Below are positions 1 to 10,228 of a stretch of 64,000 nt of DNA, piece after piece; the first letter of the stretch is position 1; the number at the start of each line of letters is the position of its first letter. The notes beneath the pieces are model-generated. The model did no database searches. It was not told where the DNA came from and saw nothing but the letters and a program-made list of their open reading frames with translations. The DNA lies in NCBI GenBank assembly GCA_963782055.1, contig CAWAIF010000003.1, forward strand, positions 6,848,001-6,912,000, read 5' to 3'. The stretch comes from an uncultured delta proteobacterium (GTDB lineage Bacteria; Myxococcota_A; Polyangia; Polyangiales; Polyangiaceae). Both the position numbers and the translations under genes were made by a program.

Positions 1-40
1 AGGGCGCGGGAAACTACGGGACGGAGTCTCGTCTGTCAAG

Positions 41-201
41 GGAGGGGTGGCCCTCCTGGCTCGTGCTCTGGCCCATGCTCGCTCGCACGCGGGCCGGCGG
101 GCTGCGCAGGCGAGGCGTGCGCCGTCGCGCGCGCGAGCTTGCGCGTGGGCCCTGCGCGCGAGCCTCCTCACCTCGGCCATCGCTATCGCTCGGCCGGGGA
201 G
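41..201 (+). repeat. Dispersed intergenic REP-like repeat, copy A (boundaries approximate)
   Basis: Shares GCCCTGCGCG...CCTC...CCTCG(G/C)CCATCGCT...TCGCTCGG..GGGGAG with 12271-12450 (+) and 23151-23257 (-). Confidence 0.6.
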
Positions 202-507
202 GACGATCGGCTGCCAGCTCTGCTCTCTGCAGTCTGAACGCATGGTCAGCCGCCGGCCGGGGGGTGTGCGTCCCCGAAGCTTGATGACGCCGAACGGCCA
301 GATCATGAACACGCTAACGATCTGCCCGTTCGGCGGCGAGGGGGCGGGGGGGCTGGGGTGGGGGCGGGAGCACTGCAAGGGTGCTTGCGCTTCGACGCGC
401 GGGCTGAAAACGCGGGGAAGGGGGAGGCGAGGCGGGGGGCGGAGGGTTCGGCCTTGCCGCCGAATTCTTTCGCACGTAAAAGATCGGCACTCGAAAGGTC
501 TGCCCGT

Positions 508-1719
508 ATGATCGCCTTCTCGCCCTCCGAAGATCAGAAGCTCATGCTCGACGCGGCCCGCGGCTTCGGCAAGACGCTGGCCGCCCGCATGCGCGAGCTG
601 GAGAAGCTGCGGGGCCTCCCCGACGACGTCCGCAAGACCGCCCACGAGATGGGGCTGGGGCTGGCGGCGGTGCCGGAGACGATGGGGGGCGCCGGGCTTG
701 GGCTGGTGACCGCCGTCCTGCTCGAAGAGGAGATCGCCGCGGGCGATCCGGCCGCCGCCTTCGGGTTCGGCGGGCCGGGGGCGCTGGGCGCCGCCGTCGC
801 CGAGCTGGCGACGCCGGAGCAGGCCCGCGCGCTGCTCGAGCCGTTCGCGGGCGCCGACGGGCACTCGCGCTTCGGCGCGGTCGCCTTCGGGGAGCCGAAG
901 CCGCACCGCGAGCGGCCCGGCATGACGACGGTCGCGCGCAAGGACGGCGACGGGTGGGTGCTCGACGGCGAGAAGGCGTACGTGGTCAACGCCGACCGCG
1001 CCGACACCTTCGTGGTCTTCGCGCAGGTGGACGAGAGCAAGGGCTGGGACGGCCTGGGCGCCTTCGTGGTGCGCAAGGGCGACGCCGGCCTCGAGGTCCT
1101 CCCGCGTGGCACCTCCCTCGGCCTGGACATCGCCAGCTTCGGCGGCATCCGCCTCGCCGGCGTGCGCGTGAAGGCGGCCGACCGCCTCGAGGGTGGGGAG
1201 AGCTTCGCCCCCGCGACGGTGCGCTTCTTCGTCAAGCACGGGCTCGTCGTCGCCGCGCGCGCCGCAGGCCTCGCCCGCGCGGCGATGGAGACGACGCGCG
1301 ACTACGTCGAGGGCCGCAAGGCGTTCGGCAAGCCCGTCGCGCACTTCCAGGCCGTCGCCTTCACCGTCGCCGACCGCGCGATGGACGTCGAGGCGGCGCG
1401 CGCGCTGCTGTGGCGCGCCGCGTGGCTCTGGGACTCCGGCGCCAAGGAGCGCGAGGCGCTGCTCGTCTCCGCCCACGCCATCGCGCACGCCCACGAGGCG
1501 GCGATGCGCTGCGGCGACGACGGCGTGCAGCTCCACGGCGGCGCCGGCTTCATGCGCGACTACCCCGTCGAGAAGTACATGCGCGACGCCAAGCAGCTCG
1601 GCGTGTGCGGCCTTCCCGCCGCGTGCGCCGACCAGCTCGCCGCCGCCATCGAGATCGGGCGCCCGCTCGACCTCGGGCTCGTCCTTCCCACCCCCGAATC
1701 CGGCTGCGCCTTCGTCTGA
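508..1719 (+). CDS. Acyl-CoA dehydrogenase family protein
   Basis: MIAFSPSEDQK start; W-x-L-D-G-E-K, RKAFGKPVAHFQAV and QLHGGAGFMRDYPVEKYMRDAK ACAD motifs. Confidence 0.93.
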   Translation: MIAFSPSEDQKLMLDAARGFGKTLAARMRELEKLRGLPDDVRKTAHEMGLGLAAVPETMGGAGLGLVTAVLLEEEIAAGDPAAAFGFGGPGALGAAVAELATPEQARALLEPFAGADGHSRFGAVAFGEPKPHRERPGMTTVARKDGDGWVLDGEKAYVVNADRADTFVVFAQVDESKGWDGLGAFVVRKGDAGLEVLPRGTSLGLDIASFGGIRLAGVRVKAADRLEGGESFAPATVRFFVKHGLVVAARAAGLARAAMETTRDYVEGRKAFGKPVAHFQAVAFTVADRAMDVEAARALLWRAAWLWDSGAKEREALLVSAHAIAHAHEAAMRCGDDGVQLHGGAGFMRDYPVEKYMRDAKQLGVCGLPAACADQLAAAIEIGRPLDLGLVLPTPESGCAFV

Positions 1720-1762
1720 GAGGATGTGAATGAATGGGAGCGCAAGAACCGAGGAACCCACG

Positions 1763-2989
1763 ATGAGCATCGAATTCTCCCTCACCAGGCGGCAGCTCGA
1801 GATGCGCGAGGCCATCCGCGGCCTCACGCGCAACGTCATCCGGCCGGAGAGCCTGAAGTGGGACCGCGAGCACGGCATCCCCGACGACTTCCTGCGCAAC
1901 CTGGCGATGCTCGCCGGCAACCTCGGCCACCTGGCGATGGGCGCGGAGACCGGGCCGAAGACGCCCGACGCCATGCCCTCCGGCGAGAAGAAGAAGAGCG
2001 CCCTCAACGTCAACACGGTGCTCGCCGCCGAGGAGATGTCCTGGGGCGACGCCGGCCTGCTCCTCTGCCTCCCCGGCCCCGGCCTGGGCGGCCCCCCTGT
2101 CCGCGCCACCGGCACCCCCGAGCAGAAGAAGAGGTTCCTCGGCATGTTCGGCGACCTCACCGAGCTCAAGTGGGGCTGCTACGCCCTCACCGAGCCCGGC
2201 GCCGGCAGCGACGTCGCCGGCATCCGCGCGAGCTGCCGCAAGGAGGGCCACGAGTGGGTCCTCAATGGCCGCAAGTGCTACATCACCAACGGCGCGCGCG
2301 CCTCGTGGGCCGTCGTCTTCGCCACCGTCGACCCGAGCCTCGGCCGCGCCGGCCACCGCGCCTTCGTCGTCGAGAAGGGCACGCCGGGCTTCGGCGTCGG
2401 CCGCATCGAGGACAAGATGGGCCTTCGCGCCAGCGAGACGGCGGAGCTCGTGCTCGAGGACTGCCGCGTGCCGGAGGACAACCTCCTCGGCGGCGAGGAG
2501 AAGTACACCAGCAAGGAGGGCTTCATGACCGCGATGAAGACCTTCGACAACACCCGCCCCATCGTCGCCGCGATGGCGCTCGGCATCGGCCGCGCAGCCT
2601 ACGAGTACGCACGCGACTTCGTGAAGGACAACTACGCCCTCTCGCGCCACACCCCGCGCTACGCCGCCGTCTCGGAGAAGCTCGCGAAGGTGGGGCGGCA
2701 GCTCGACGTCGCGCGCATGCTCACGTGGCGCGCCGCGTGGCTCGCCGACGAGGAGCAGCCCAACGCCAAGGAGGCGAGCATGTGCAAGGCGGCCGCCGGT
2801 CAGGCCGCCATCCGCGCGTGCATCGACGCGATCGAGATCTGCGGCGCGGAGGGCTCGCTCCTCAAGGAGCACCAGCTCCTGGAGAAGTGGTTCCGCGACA
2901 TCAAGGTCTACGACATCTTCGAGGGCACCGGGCAGATCCAGCGCATCGTCATCTCCAAGCGCCTGTTCCCGGGACTGAAGCACTTCTAG
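1763..2989 (+). CDS. Acyl-CoA dehydrogenase
   Basis: ALTEPGAGSD, WVLNGRKCYITNG, KMGLRASET and RDIKVYDIFEGTGQIQR motifs; GAGGA upstream of ATG 1763. Confidence 0.95.
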   Translation: MSIEFSLTRRQLEMREAIRGLTRNVIRPESLKWDREHGIPDDFLRNLAMLAGNLGHLAMGAETGPKTPDAMPSGEKKKSALNVNTVLAAEEMSWGDAGLLLCLPGPGLGGPPVRATGTPEQKKRFLGMFGDLTELKWGCYALTEPGAGSDVAGIRASCRKEGHEWVLNGRKCYITNGARASWAVVFATVDPSLGRAGHRAFVVEKGTPGFGVGRIEDKMGLRASETAELVLEDCRVPEDNLLGGEEKYTSKEGFMTAMKTFDNTRPIVAAMALGIGRAAYEYARDFVKDNYALSRHTPRYAAVSEKLAKVGRQLDVARMLTWRAAWLADEEQPNAKEASMCKAAAGQAAIRACIDAIEICGAEGSLLKEHQLLEKWFRDIKVYDIFEGTGQIQRIVISKRLFPGLKHF

Positions 2990-3112
2990 TCCGGCGCGCG
3001 CGTGACCCCGCGGGGGTCGCACGCCGTCGCGACAGGGCGCAGGCGATCGCGATGGATGGCGCGAGATCCAGGCGACTTTGTCGGGCGATGAGGTGGAACG
3101 GACGATGCTAGG

Positions 3113-4126
3113 ATGAGCTGCATGGCAGCTCGCAGCGTCCTGGGGTTCTTCGCGCTCGTCTCCGTCGCCGCGCTCGCCGGCGCGTGCGCGTCCTCCACCG
3201 AGGACGTCGGCTCCTCCGCCGCGACGATCGACTACATCTGCAACGAGAAGGCGTCGGCCACCCTCGACGGCATCCCCGCCTACGCCTACTGCGGCAACTT
3301 CAACGTCTGGTCCAACAACGGCGTCGACGTGAAGAGCACCTCCGGCGGCAACGGCTGGGTGCAGACGGAGGGCGGCTACGGCTACCAGTGCGTCGAGTAC
3401 GCCGTCCGCTACGAGCACTTCAAGTTCGGCGTGAAGACCGGCTGGGGCATCTCCTACGCCAAGCAGATGTGCGCGACGCACCCGTCGAGCATGTCGGTGA
3501 CCACCAAGCCCGTGCACGGCGACCTCGCCATCTTCGGCGCGGGGAGCTGCGGCGCCGACGCCACCGCGGGGCACGTGGCGGTGGTCAGCTCCGTCACCAG
3601 CACCAACTTCACCGCGGTGCAGGAGAACAGCGCGGGCACCTACACCTGGAAGAAGACGTGCGCGAGCTGCTTCCTCCACGCCACCGCCAACAACGGCTCC
3701 ACCGACCCGTGCGCCGCCGCCGCCAACGGCGATTACTGCGGCGCGTCCTCCCAGTTCACCGGCGGCACCAAGGGCACCCTCTACACCTGCAAGGGCGGCG
3801 CGACCGCGAGCAAGACGGTGTGCCCGAACGGCTGCAAGGTCATGCCGCCCGGCCAGCCCGACGTCTGCGCCCCGGCGGCGGACGCCGGCCCCGACGCGGC
3901 GACGGACGCGGCCACCGACGGCGCGGCGACCGACGACGCCGCCACCGACGCGACGCCCGCGGACGACGCCGCGCCGCCTCCCGCCGACACCGACGGCGGC
4001 CCGGTGAGCGACGTGCCCGGACAGGACGGCGGCTGCCAGACCTCCGGCCACGCGCCGACGGGCTCCGCGTGGCTCGTCGCGCTCGGGCTGTTCCTCGCGG
4101 TGCGCCGCCGCCGCGCGCGGGAATGA
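3113..4126 (+). CDS. CHAP-domain amidase/peptidase lipoprotein with C-terminal MYXO-CTERM sorting signal
   Basis: Lipobox LAGAC; CHAP motifs YQCVEY, GDLAIF, GHVAVV, QEN; D/A-rich linker; tail GGCQTSG...WLVALGLFLAVRRRR. Confidence 0.82.
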   Translation: MSCMAARSVLGFFALVSVAALAGACASSTEDVGSSAATIDYICNEKASATLDGIPAYAYCGNFNVWSNNGVDVKSTSGGNGWVQTEGGYGYQCVEYAVRYEHFKFGVKTGWGISYAKQMCATHPSSMSVTTKPVHGDLAIFGAGSCGADATAGHVAVVSSVTSTNFTAVQENSAGTYTWKKTCASCFLHATANNGSTDPCAAAANGDYCGASSQFTGGTKGTLYTCKGGATASKTVCPNGCKVMPPGQPDVCAPAADAGPDAATDAATDGAATDDAATDATPADDAAPPPADTDGGPVSDVPGQDGGCQTSGHAPTGSAWLVALGLFLAVRRRRARE

Positions 4127-4185
4127 CGCGCGCCGTCCGGGCGGCGCAGTGGTGCAGCAGTCCGCACCGTGGCCCGGAGCTCCGG

Positions 4186-5031
4186 CTACGGAACTAGGGA
4201 CCCGAAGCGGTCGTAGCACTCCAGCCCGACCGGGCCACGCAGCTTCTTGCAGTCTTCCAGGCTCATGCACGCTGCCGCATACCGCTTCGCGACCGCGTCG
4301 CTGCCGTCCCCGTTCCTGTAGACGGCGCATGCCCAGTTGTCGGGGTAGTACGGATCGCACCAGACGGTGGGCAGTCCTCCGGTGGCCGGGAGGCTGCACG
4401 TGCGAATGGCATCGGGCGATCCGTTCAGCGTGCCCTCGCAGAACCCGAATCGTCGCGTCGCGGAGCGACCGCTGCACACCGCCGCGGGTTGGCCGCACTT
4501 CCCGCAAGCGCCGCCGCAGAGCGGGCCGAAGAGCGATGTAGGACACGGCTCGCCGGACGAGTCGAGTGGCCGATCGTCGTAGGGCGTCTTGTCGGCGTAC
4601 CGGCACACGTCGCGCACACCGATCTGGAACAGCGCGTGGCAGACGTCGAGCGGCACGCACACCAGGTCGCCGTTGGGCCGCGTGATGCACGCGTCGCCGT
4701 CGTCGCACGCGAAGCACGGATACCGCCCCTGGTCCTGAAGGTCCGCCAGACAAATCCCTCCGCTCGCCGGCGCGCCCGAGTCGATGTCCGCGCTCCGCTG
4801 ACACCCGTAGCCGGGGCACACCGGGGCCGGCAGCTCCGGACAGGGTGGGTCTCCGCCGCAGAGCCGGACTCCGCTTGCGGACACACACTGCGGGTGGTCG
4901 GCGAACCCGCCGTCCACGGCGCCCTGGCCCCCGTCCAGTCCGTGCATCGAGGGGTCCCCGAGATCGCTGCGGGCGCCGCAGCCAACCGTGGCGGCAGCGA
5001 GTGCGAGAGCGAGACCTCTCGCTAGTTGCAC
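4186..5031 (-). CDS. Cys-rich lipoprotein, paralog of 5022-5789
   Basis: GTG start overlapping the upstream gene's end; signal LALAAATVGC; many Cys. Confidence 0.75.
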   Translation of the reverse strand: MQLARGLALALAAATVGCGARSDLGDPSMHGLDGGQGAVDGGFADHPQCVSASGVRLCGGDPPCPELPAPVCPGYGCQRSADIDSGAPASGGICLADLQDQGRYPCFACDDGDACITRPNGDLVCVPLDVCHALFQIGVRDVCRYADKTPYDDRPLDSSGEPCPTSLFGPLCGGACGKCGQPAAVCSGRSATRRFGFCEGTLNGSPDAIRTCSLPATGGLPTVWCDPYYPDNWACAVYRNGDGSDAVAKRYAAACMSLEDCKKLRGPVGLECYDRFGSLVP

Positions 5032-5789
5032 GCCCCGCCCCCCGGGAGCTGGGCGGCGAGCGCCTGACACGTGGCCGATGGCAAGCAGACGCCATTGGCG
5101 TCTGCGATGGACTGCGACTGCGGCGTGACCTTGAAGGTGAAGCACGCGTCGCCCCCGCTGCATGGCGGCTGGCCGGCACCGCAGATGCTATTCACCGTGG
5201 TGGCCGCGCAGAAGCCGACGGGGTGCAGGGGCGCGCGCCCGATGCAGTGCTGCCCGGTATCACACCCGCCGCAGTTCCCGCCGCACACCTGGACACCCGG
5301 GATCGAGGGGCACATGGACGGATTGGGTGGCGTGTCGCCGGTGAACAGATCGCGGTCGTAGTAGGTGACGTCTAGGTCGGCGGAGGCGTCCGGGTCGGCG
5401 CGGTAGAGCAGCTCACCCAGCTCGAAGGGAAAACACATCAGGCCCTTGAGTGGCTGGTGATAGCCACTCGGCACACACAGGTCGCCATCGTTACAATTGA
5501 GGCATCCGGTCACGCCGAAGGAATAGGCCGCGAGGGCCTTGTTGTAGCAGATTTGGACCGGCGCCGAGGCATCGCACCCCGAAAGGCAAGCCGTTGGAGG
5601 ATCGCAGCCCCCGCCGCAGATGGCATATCCGCTCGGCGACATGCAACGCGAGTAGCCCGCGTCGTCGACCGGGCCGGCGTCGATCACGTCCGGCGCAGCG
5701 TCGGGGCGTCCGGCCTCCGGGCCCTCGTCGACGGTGCCCCCGCAGGCGGCGAGCACCCAAAGCAGCGCGGGAAGCCACCGGAGCGTCAC
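5022..5789 (-). CDS. Cys-rich lipoprotein
   Basis: GTGA overlap with upstream stop; signal WLPALLWVLAAC; many Cys. Confidence 0.78.
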   Translation of the reverse strand: MTLRWLPALLWVLAACGGTVDEGPEAGRPDAAPDVIDAGPVDDAGYSRCMSPSGYAICGGGCDPPTACLSGCDASAPVQICYNKALAAYSFGVTGCLNCNDGDLCVPSGYHQPLKGLMCFPFELGELLYRADPDASADLDVTYYDRDLFTGDTPPNPSMCPSIPGVQVCGGNCGGCDTGQHCIGRAPLHPVGFCAATTVNSICGAGQPPCSGGDACFTFKVTPQSQSIADANGVCLPSATCQALAAQLPGGGACN

Positions 5790-7793
5790 TGGCACTGCCC
5801 GTTCGTCGGGTTGGTCGCTGGCGGCGTACACCCGCTCGTGTTCCCCTGCGTGCAGATGGGCTGGACGCAGGCACGTGTATCGCAATCGACTGCGCACGGC
5901 CCCGCAGGAGTCTCACTGCTAGGACAGGTGGCCGGGCCGCCATTCTTGAACGCCCAGTCCTCGTTGTAGAAGTTGGCCAGATCGATGCCGGCATCGACGA
6001 GCGGCGCTCGCCTGGCGGTGCAGATCTTGGTGAACCAGTCCGTCCGCGTGAAGTCGACGTGTCCGAGTGGTGGCGCGTCCGTCATGAACGAGGCGTAGAA
6101 CAAGGCGAGCGCCGGGTTGTTGATCTCGTCCAGACGATCGAAGAGCACAGCCTCTGCCGCCTGCGGCCGGTAGTTCAGCCGCTTCATCGGGACGATGATC
6201 TCGCAGCGCCCGTGATGCGGGTTGACGCACGCGTTGCTCCGGTCGACGGAGCTGGGGAAGGGCACGCAACCCCAGTGCACGAGGTGCCCCCCGGACGTCG
6301 CCATGATGGTCTCCGCGAGAGTATTGGCGTCGCTGGCTGCCATGCCGAACTCCTTTGCACCCTCGCTTGCGGTGTCTCTCACCGTCTTCGCCGCGGCTTT
6401 GCATTGCTCGCTCGGGTCCGCGGGGCACGTGTAGTTCGGGTCGCCCTTGACGGGATCGCACGCAAAGAGCGTGTCACGAGCCGAGTCGGAGAAGTCGTCC
6501 AGTTTGGGGTACATCTGCAGCGCCTGCGCCGTATCGTGAATCTGCCGCGGGATGTCGTCCGTCAGCGCGGACGTGAGCGTGTTGGAAAGTCCCGGGATGT
6601 CGACGAAGTACGGGGGGAAGATCACGTGGACGCCGTTGCACGCCCGTGTCGGCTGATCATCCAGCGTGCTCGGAAAGGCGTTGCCATGGCCATCCACGCC
6701 CGCAGGACCCCCGCCGAAGCTCGATTCAGCCGCCACGACGCCGTCGGAGCCCACGAAGAGGCGGAAGGCGCTCGAGAACGCCGCGTCGCATTTCTCATCT
6801 GGCCCGGGATTCACACCCTGGGTCACGTCAAGCAGTTCGAGCGCCACGTTCGAGATCTGCAGCCTGACGTCACCGTTCATCACGAAGCCTCCTCGCAGGT
6901 CCTGCACCCGTCCCTGCGTGTGGGCGATGAACGAGGCGAAGTTGTCGTATGCGAGCGTCAAGGACGAGAGCGAGTCCGTGGTGAAGCACGCAGCCCCGTG
7001 GTTCGTGAACAGGCTTCCCCGGAGCCCCGTGTCGATCTGCGCGAACAGATCCGCGTATGCGAACTCCTGCGAGCATCCGCCAGCCTGCGAGAGGTAGGCG
7101 CTCCGGATCGTGCCCGAGTTGTTCGGCGAGTTGAAGTCGCCAGGCGTAAGGTGCAGCTCGGTCGGTGTGGGGCCGAAGGGTTGAGTCGTCGCCGGTAGGA
7201 CCACACCGGGCGGCTGCTTCCGCGTCAAGCCGAGCCAGAAGAACTCCGCGGCCGTTCTGGTGAGCGCCTCGAAGCGATCCTCGAAGTCGATCGAGAAGAT
7301 GTGCGCTTCGTAGGGGTTCACCAGCAGGGCCGAATCGAACGGATCGGCCAGGATGAATGCCGGAAGAGGGTCGTTCTCGTCGCTCCCGCGCAGGCGTGCG
7401 TGCACGGGAAACAATGTGGTGCCGCCGTGGAAGGAGTCGATGTATAGGCTCCTCGCCGGCACGCTCGCGAGCTCTCCGCAGGTCGTATACGTGTTGGGGC
7501 ATCCCGTCGTGCCCCACGCGTACGTTTGCGGGGCGTACGTCAACCCGGGGATGATCAACTCCTTCAGCCCCGCGGAGTGGAACGCAACGAGTTGCGTCCC
7601 GGAGCCGCCCGTCGCACCGGCGCCATCAACGAGGATCTCGAAGGTGTACGTATGGTCGCCTGCCGGTGGACTCGGGTTGCAGGTGACCGCACTGACAGCG
7701 AGGAGCAGGGCGACGAGCGACGAGCGACGAGCGACGAGCGACGAGCGACGAGCGACGAGCGACGAGCGACGAGCGACGAGCGACGAGCGACAT
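5786..7793 (-). CDS. Large secreted/lipoprotein of unknown function; ATG at 7793 is out of frame because of a heptamer repeat (putatively phase-variable, OFF state)
   Basis: The frame of ORF 5786-7558 stays open upstream through SLVALLLAVSAVTC and the repeat to a TAG at 7796-7798, with no in-frame start. ATG 7793 has GGGGG upstream and is 1 nt out of frame. Confidence 0.72.
7711..7791. repeat. Perfect tandem heptamer (CGACGAG)x11 plus CGAC
   Basis: Read directly; lies between ATG 7793 (-) and the signal-peptide codons. Confidence 0.97.
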
Positions 7794-7950
7794 GGCTACC
7801 CCCAACTAACGGCCAGTGTGGCGTTGGACGAGTACTCGGTCAAGCGGCGACGCGCCAGCGCGTCAAGATGGGTCGCACTCTGTGCGCATGCGCTCCGGAG
7901 CTCGCCCTCACCAGATCGACGAACGGCGACGCCCGTGCGACTCTCGTCCC

Positions 7951-8415
7951 GTGCGTCTGCGCCCACTGAACGCCGGGGAGGCCGCCGAGGTCGAGCTCCT
8001 CGCCTCCCGCATGCGCGACACCCTCGTCGAGGTGCTCGGGGAGGCGCGCGGCAGCGGCATGGTCGATCACGACTGGCTCGTCGAGCGCGTGCGCTTCCAC
8101 GCGCGCGTCGGCCTTGTGGTCGTCGCGGAGCGTGACGGCGCCATCGTCGGCCACGCCATGGCGCGCGAGGAGGACGGCGTCGGCCATTTCTCCACCATCT
8201 ACGTGGAGCCCGCGTCGCGCCGCGCGGGCGTCGCCGGTGCGCTGGTGCGCCGCGTCGACGCGTGGTTCGCGGAGCGCGGCTTGCCGAGCGCGCGCTACTC
8301 CACCGATCAGGACAACGCTCCGCTGCTCGCCCTCTTCGCGAAGCACGGCTACGCGGCGGCGGAGACCGACGCGGCGTCGCACATGGTGAAGCTCACCAGG
8401 CGGCTCGGCCCGTAG
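7951..8415 (+). CDS. GNAT family N-acetyltransferase
   Basis: IYVEPASRRAGVAGALV (motif A) and N-x-P-x-x-x-L-F-x-K-x-G-Y. Confidence 0.85.
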   Translation: MRLRPLNAGEAAEVELLASRMRDTLVEVLGEARGSGMVDHDWLVERVRFHARVGLVVVAERDGAIVGHAMAREEDGVGHFSTIYVEPASRRAGVAGALVRRVDAWFAERGLPSARYSTDQDNAPLLALFAKHGYAAAETDAASHMVKLTRRLGP

Positions 8416-8429
8416 CAGACGGAGCCTCT

Positions 8430-8900
8430 TCAATCCCTGGGGCCGCCCGCGCGCTCGCCCGCCGCGAGCCGCGCGTCGACCGACAGCGGACCCGCGCCGA
8501 CGATCAGAAGAAACACCAGTCCGAGCAGCATCGAGAAGTCGGTGCGCGCCTCGTGCGCCATCTTCCAGAAGCCGTGGTGGATCAGCATCGGGATCTTGGT
8601 GGTGGCGATGGCGACCAGGATGGTGGCGAGCAGCGGGACCGCCGCAAGCCGCGTGAGCAGGCCGAGGATCACAAGCAGCCCGAAGAGCGTCTCCACCCCA
8701 CCGACGAAGGGCCCCATCACCGCCGGCGCGGGGATGCCGATCCGCGCGAAGCGTCCGACCCCGAGCGCCTCGGGGTAGAGGAACTTCTGGATGCCTTCCG
8801 ACAGGAAGACGGCGCCCACCAGCAGGCGGACCAGCACCGTCGCGGCGGGCGCGCGGCTCCCGAGCACACGGGCGCGCAGCGAGGTGGGCGCCGCGCTCAT
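8430..8900 (-). CDS. DoxX family membrane protein
   Basis: RLLVGAVFLSEGIQK, LGLLTRLAA and GAGPLSVD motifs. Confidence 0.88.
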   Translation of the reverse strand: MSAAPTSLRARVLGSRAPAATVLVRLLVGAVFLSEGIQKFLYPEALGVGRFARIGIPAPAVMGPFVGGVETLFGLLVILGLLTRLAAVPLLATILVAIATTKIPMLIHHGFWKMAHEARTDFSMLLGLVFLLIVGAGPLSVDARLAAGERAGGPRD

Positions 8901-10228
8901 ACCGCCGCCGACACGCTCGCCATGTGGAAGTCGCGCGCCAGCACCGCCGGCACGCGCACCACGCCGCCGTCCCACCAGGGGATCCGCCAGGTGGGCTTCG
9001 TCATGCCGACCAGGTTCTTCAGCACCGCCGCGGGTGACTCGTTGAAGCGGAAGTTGTTCACCGGGTGGGTGACCTTCCCCTTCTCGATCCAGAACACGCC
9101 GTCCCGCGTCAGGCCGGTGACGAGCATCGTCTGCGGGTCGACCCAGCGCGTGTACCAGAAGCGCGTGACCAGCAACCCGCGGTCCACCTTCGCCACCAGC
9201 GCGTCCACGCTCGCCGCGGCCCCTCCCGACAAGTGCCAAGTCGCGTGCGCGCCCGTCGGGGCCTTGCCCTGCTTCTTTGCCCAGTAGCGCGAGTAGTTCA
9301 GGTTCTGGAGCTTGCCGCCCTCCACCCAGGTCGTGCGTGCGAGCGGCATCCCCTCCCCGTCCCACGTGCGCCCCGGCGTCGCGGGGTCGAGCGGGTCGGA
9401 GCGCAGCGTCACCGCGCTCGCGAAGAGCTTCTCCCCGATGCGCGTGCCGCCGCCCGGCTTCGCGAAGAAGGACCGACCCTCGTCCGCGCGCCGCGCGTCC
9501 AGCGCGTCGAAGAAGAAGCCCATCAGGTCGCCGACGGCGGCGGGCTCCAGCACCACGGTGTAGCGCCCGGGCGCGAGCGCCTTCGGCCCGTGCGAGCGCG
9601 CCCCCTTGTCCGCCGCCACGTGCGCGAGCGCGCCCGCGTCCACGTCCGACGCGCGCACCTCCTCCGCGCCCGACCAGCCGGAGCCCTCCCCGTCCGGCGT
9701 GCGCGCGGTCATCGTCAGCGACGCGATGCTCGACGCGTGCGACGCGCGCAGCCCCGCGCTGGACCAGAGCCGGGTGTGCGCGCCGTGCGTCTCGTAGAAG
9801 CCGGCGATGCTCAGCTCCTTGTCCTTCGCGCGGGCGATGGCGAGCTTCGCCGCCTCCGCGCGCCGGTCGGGGGACAGCGCCTCCGTCGTCGCGTCGTACG
9901 CCGCGGGGCTCGGAGGGAAGTCGTGCGCGCCGAGCACGCCCATCCACTCCGGGTCCTCCGGGGACGCCTTCGCCATCGCCAGCGTGCGCTTCACCAGCGC
10001 CTCCAGGGACGCGTCGTCGGTCTGGTTGGTCTCCGCCGACGCGTGGCGCTTGCCCACCGCGAGCGTCAGCCGCGCGCCGGTGTCGTCGGTCATCCCCGCG
10101 GTGGTGATGTCGTTGACCGCGAAGCGCGTGTTGCCGGACCGCCCGGTGGTGGCGCGGGCGAGCGCCTCCGCGCCGGGGGCGAGGCGCGCCGCCAGGTCGA
10201 GCAGCGTCTTGCAGGCGTCGGCGCTCAT
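8897..10228 (-). CDS. TldE/PmbA family protein
   Basis: PGRYTVVLEPAAV and TGLTRDG...PVNNFRFNES; follows tldD with ATGA overlap; no HExxxH. Confidence 0.87.
   Translation of the reverse strand: MSADACKTLLDLAARLAPGAEALARATTGRSGNTRFAVNDITTAGMTDDTGARLTLAVGKRHASAETNQTDDASLEALVKRTLAMAKASPEDPEWMGVLGAHDFPPSPAAYDATTEALSPDRRAEAAKLAIARAKDKELSIAGFYETHGAHTRLWSSAGLRASHASSIASLTMTARTPDGEGSGWSGAEEVRASDVDAGALAHVAADKGARSHGPKALAPGRYTVVLEPAAVGDLMGFFFDALDARRADEGRSFFAKPGGGTRIGEKLFASAVTLRSDPLDPATPGRTWDGEGMPLARTTWVEGGKLQNLNYSRYWAKKQGKAPTGAHATWHLSGGAAASVDALVAKVDRGLLVTRFWYTRWVDPQTMLVTGLTRDGVFWIEKGKVTHPVNNFRFNESPAAVLKNLVGMTKPTWRIPWWDGGVVRVPAVLARDFHMASVSAAV

Noticed and set aside
1550..5179. 1209-aa minus-strand ORF
   Set aside because: Shadow frame across the acyl-CoA dehydrogenase, CHAP and lipoprotein genes; no coherent domain.
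7711..7791. CRISPR array
   Set aside because: Contiguous 7-mer microsatellite without spacers; no cas operon. The Cas4-like DUF2779 protein is stand-alone.
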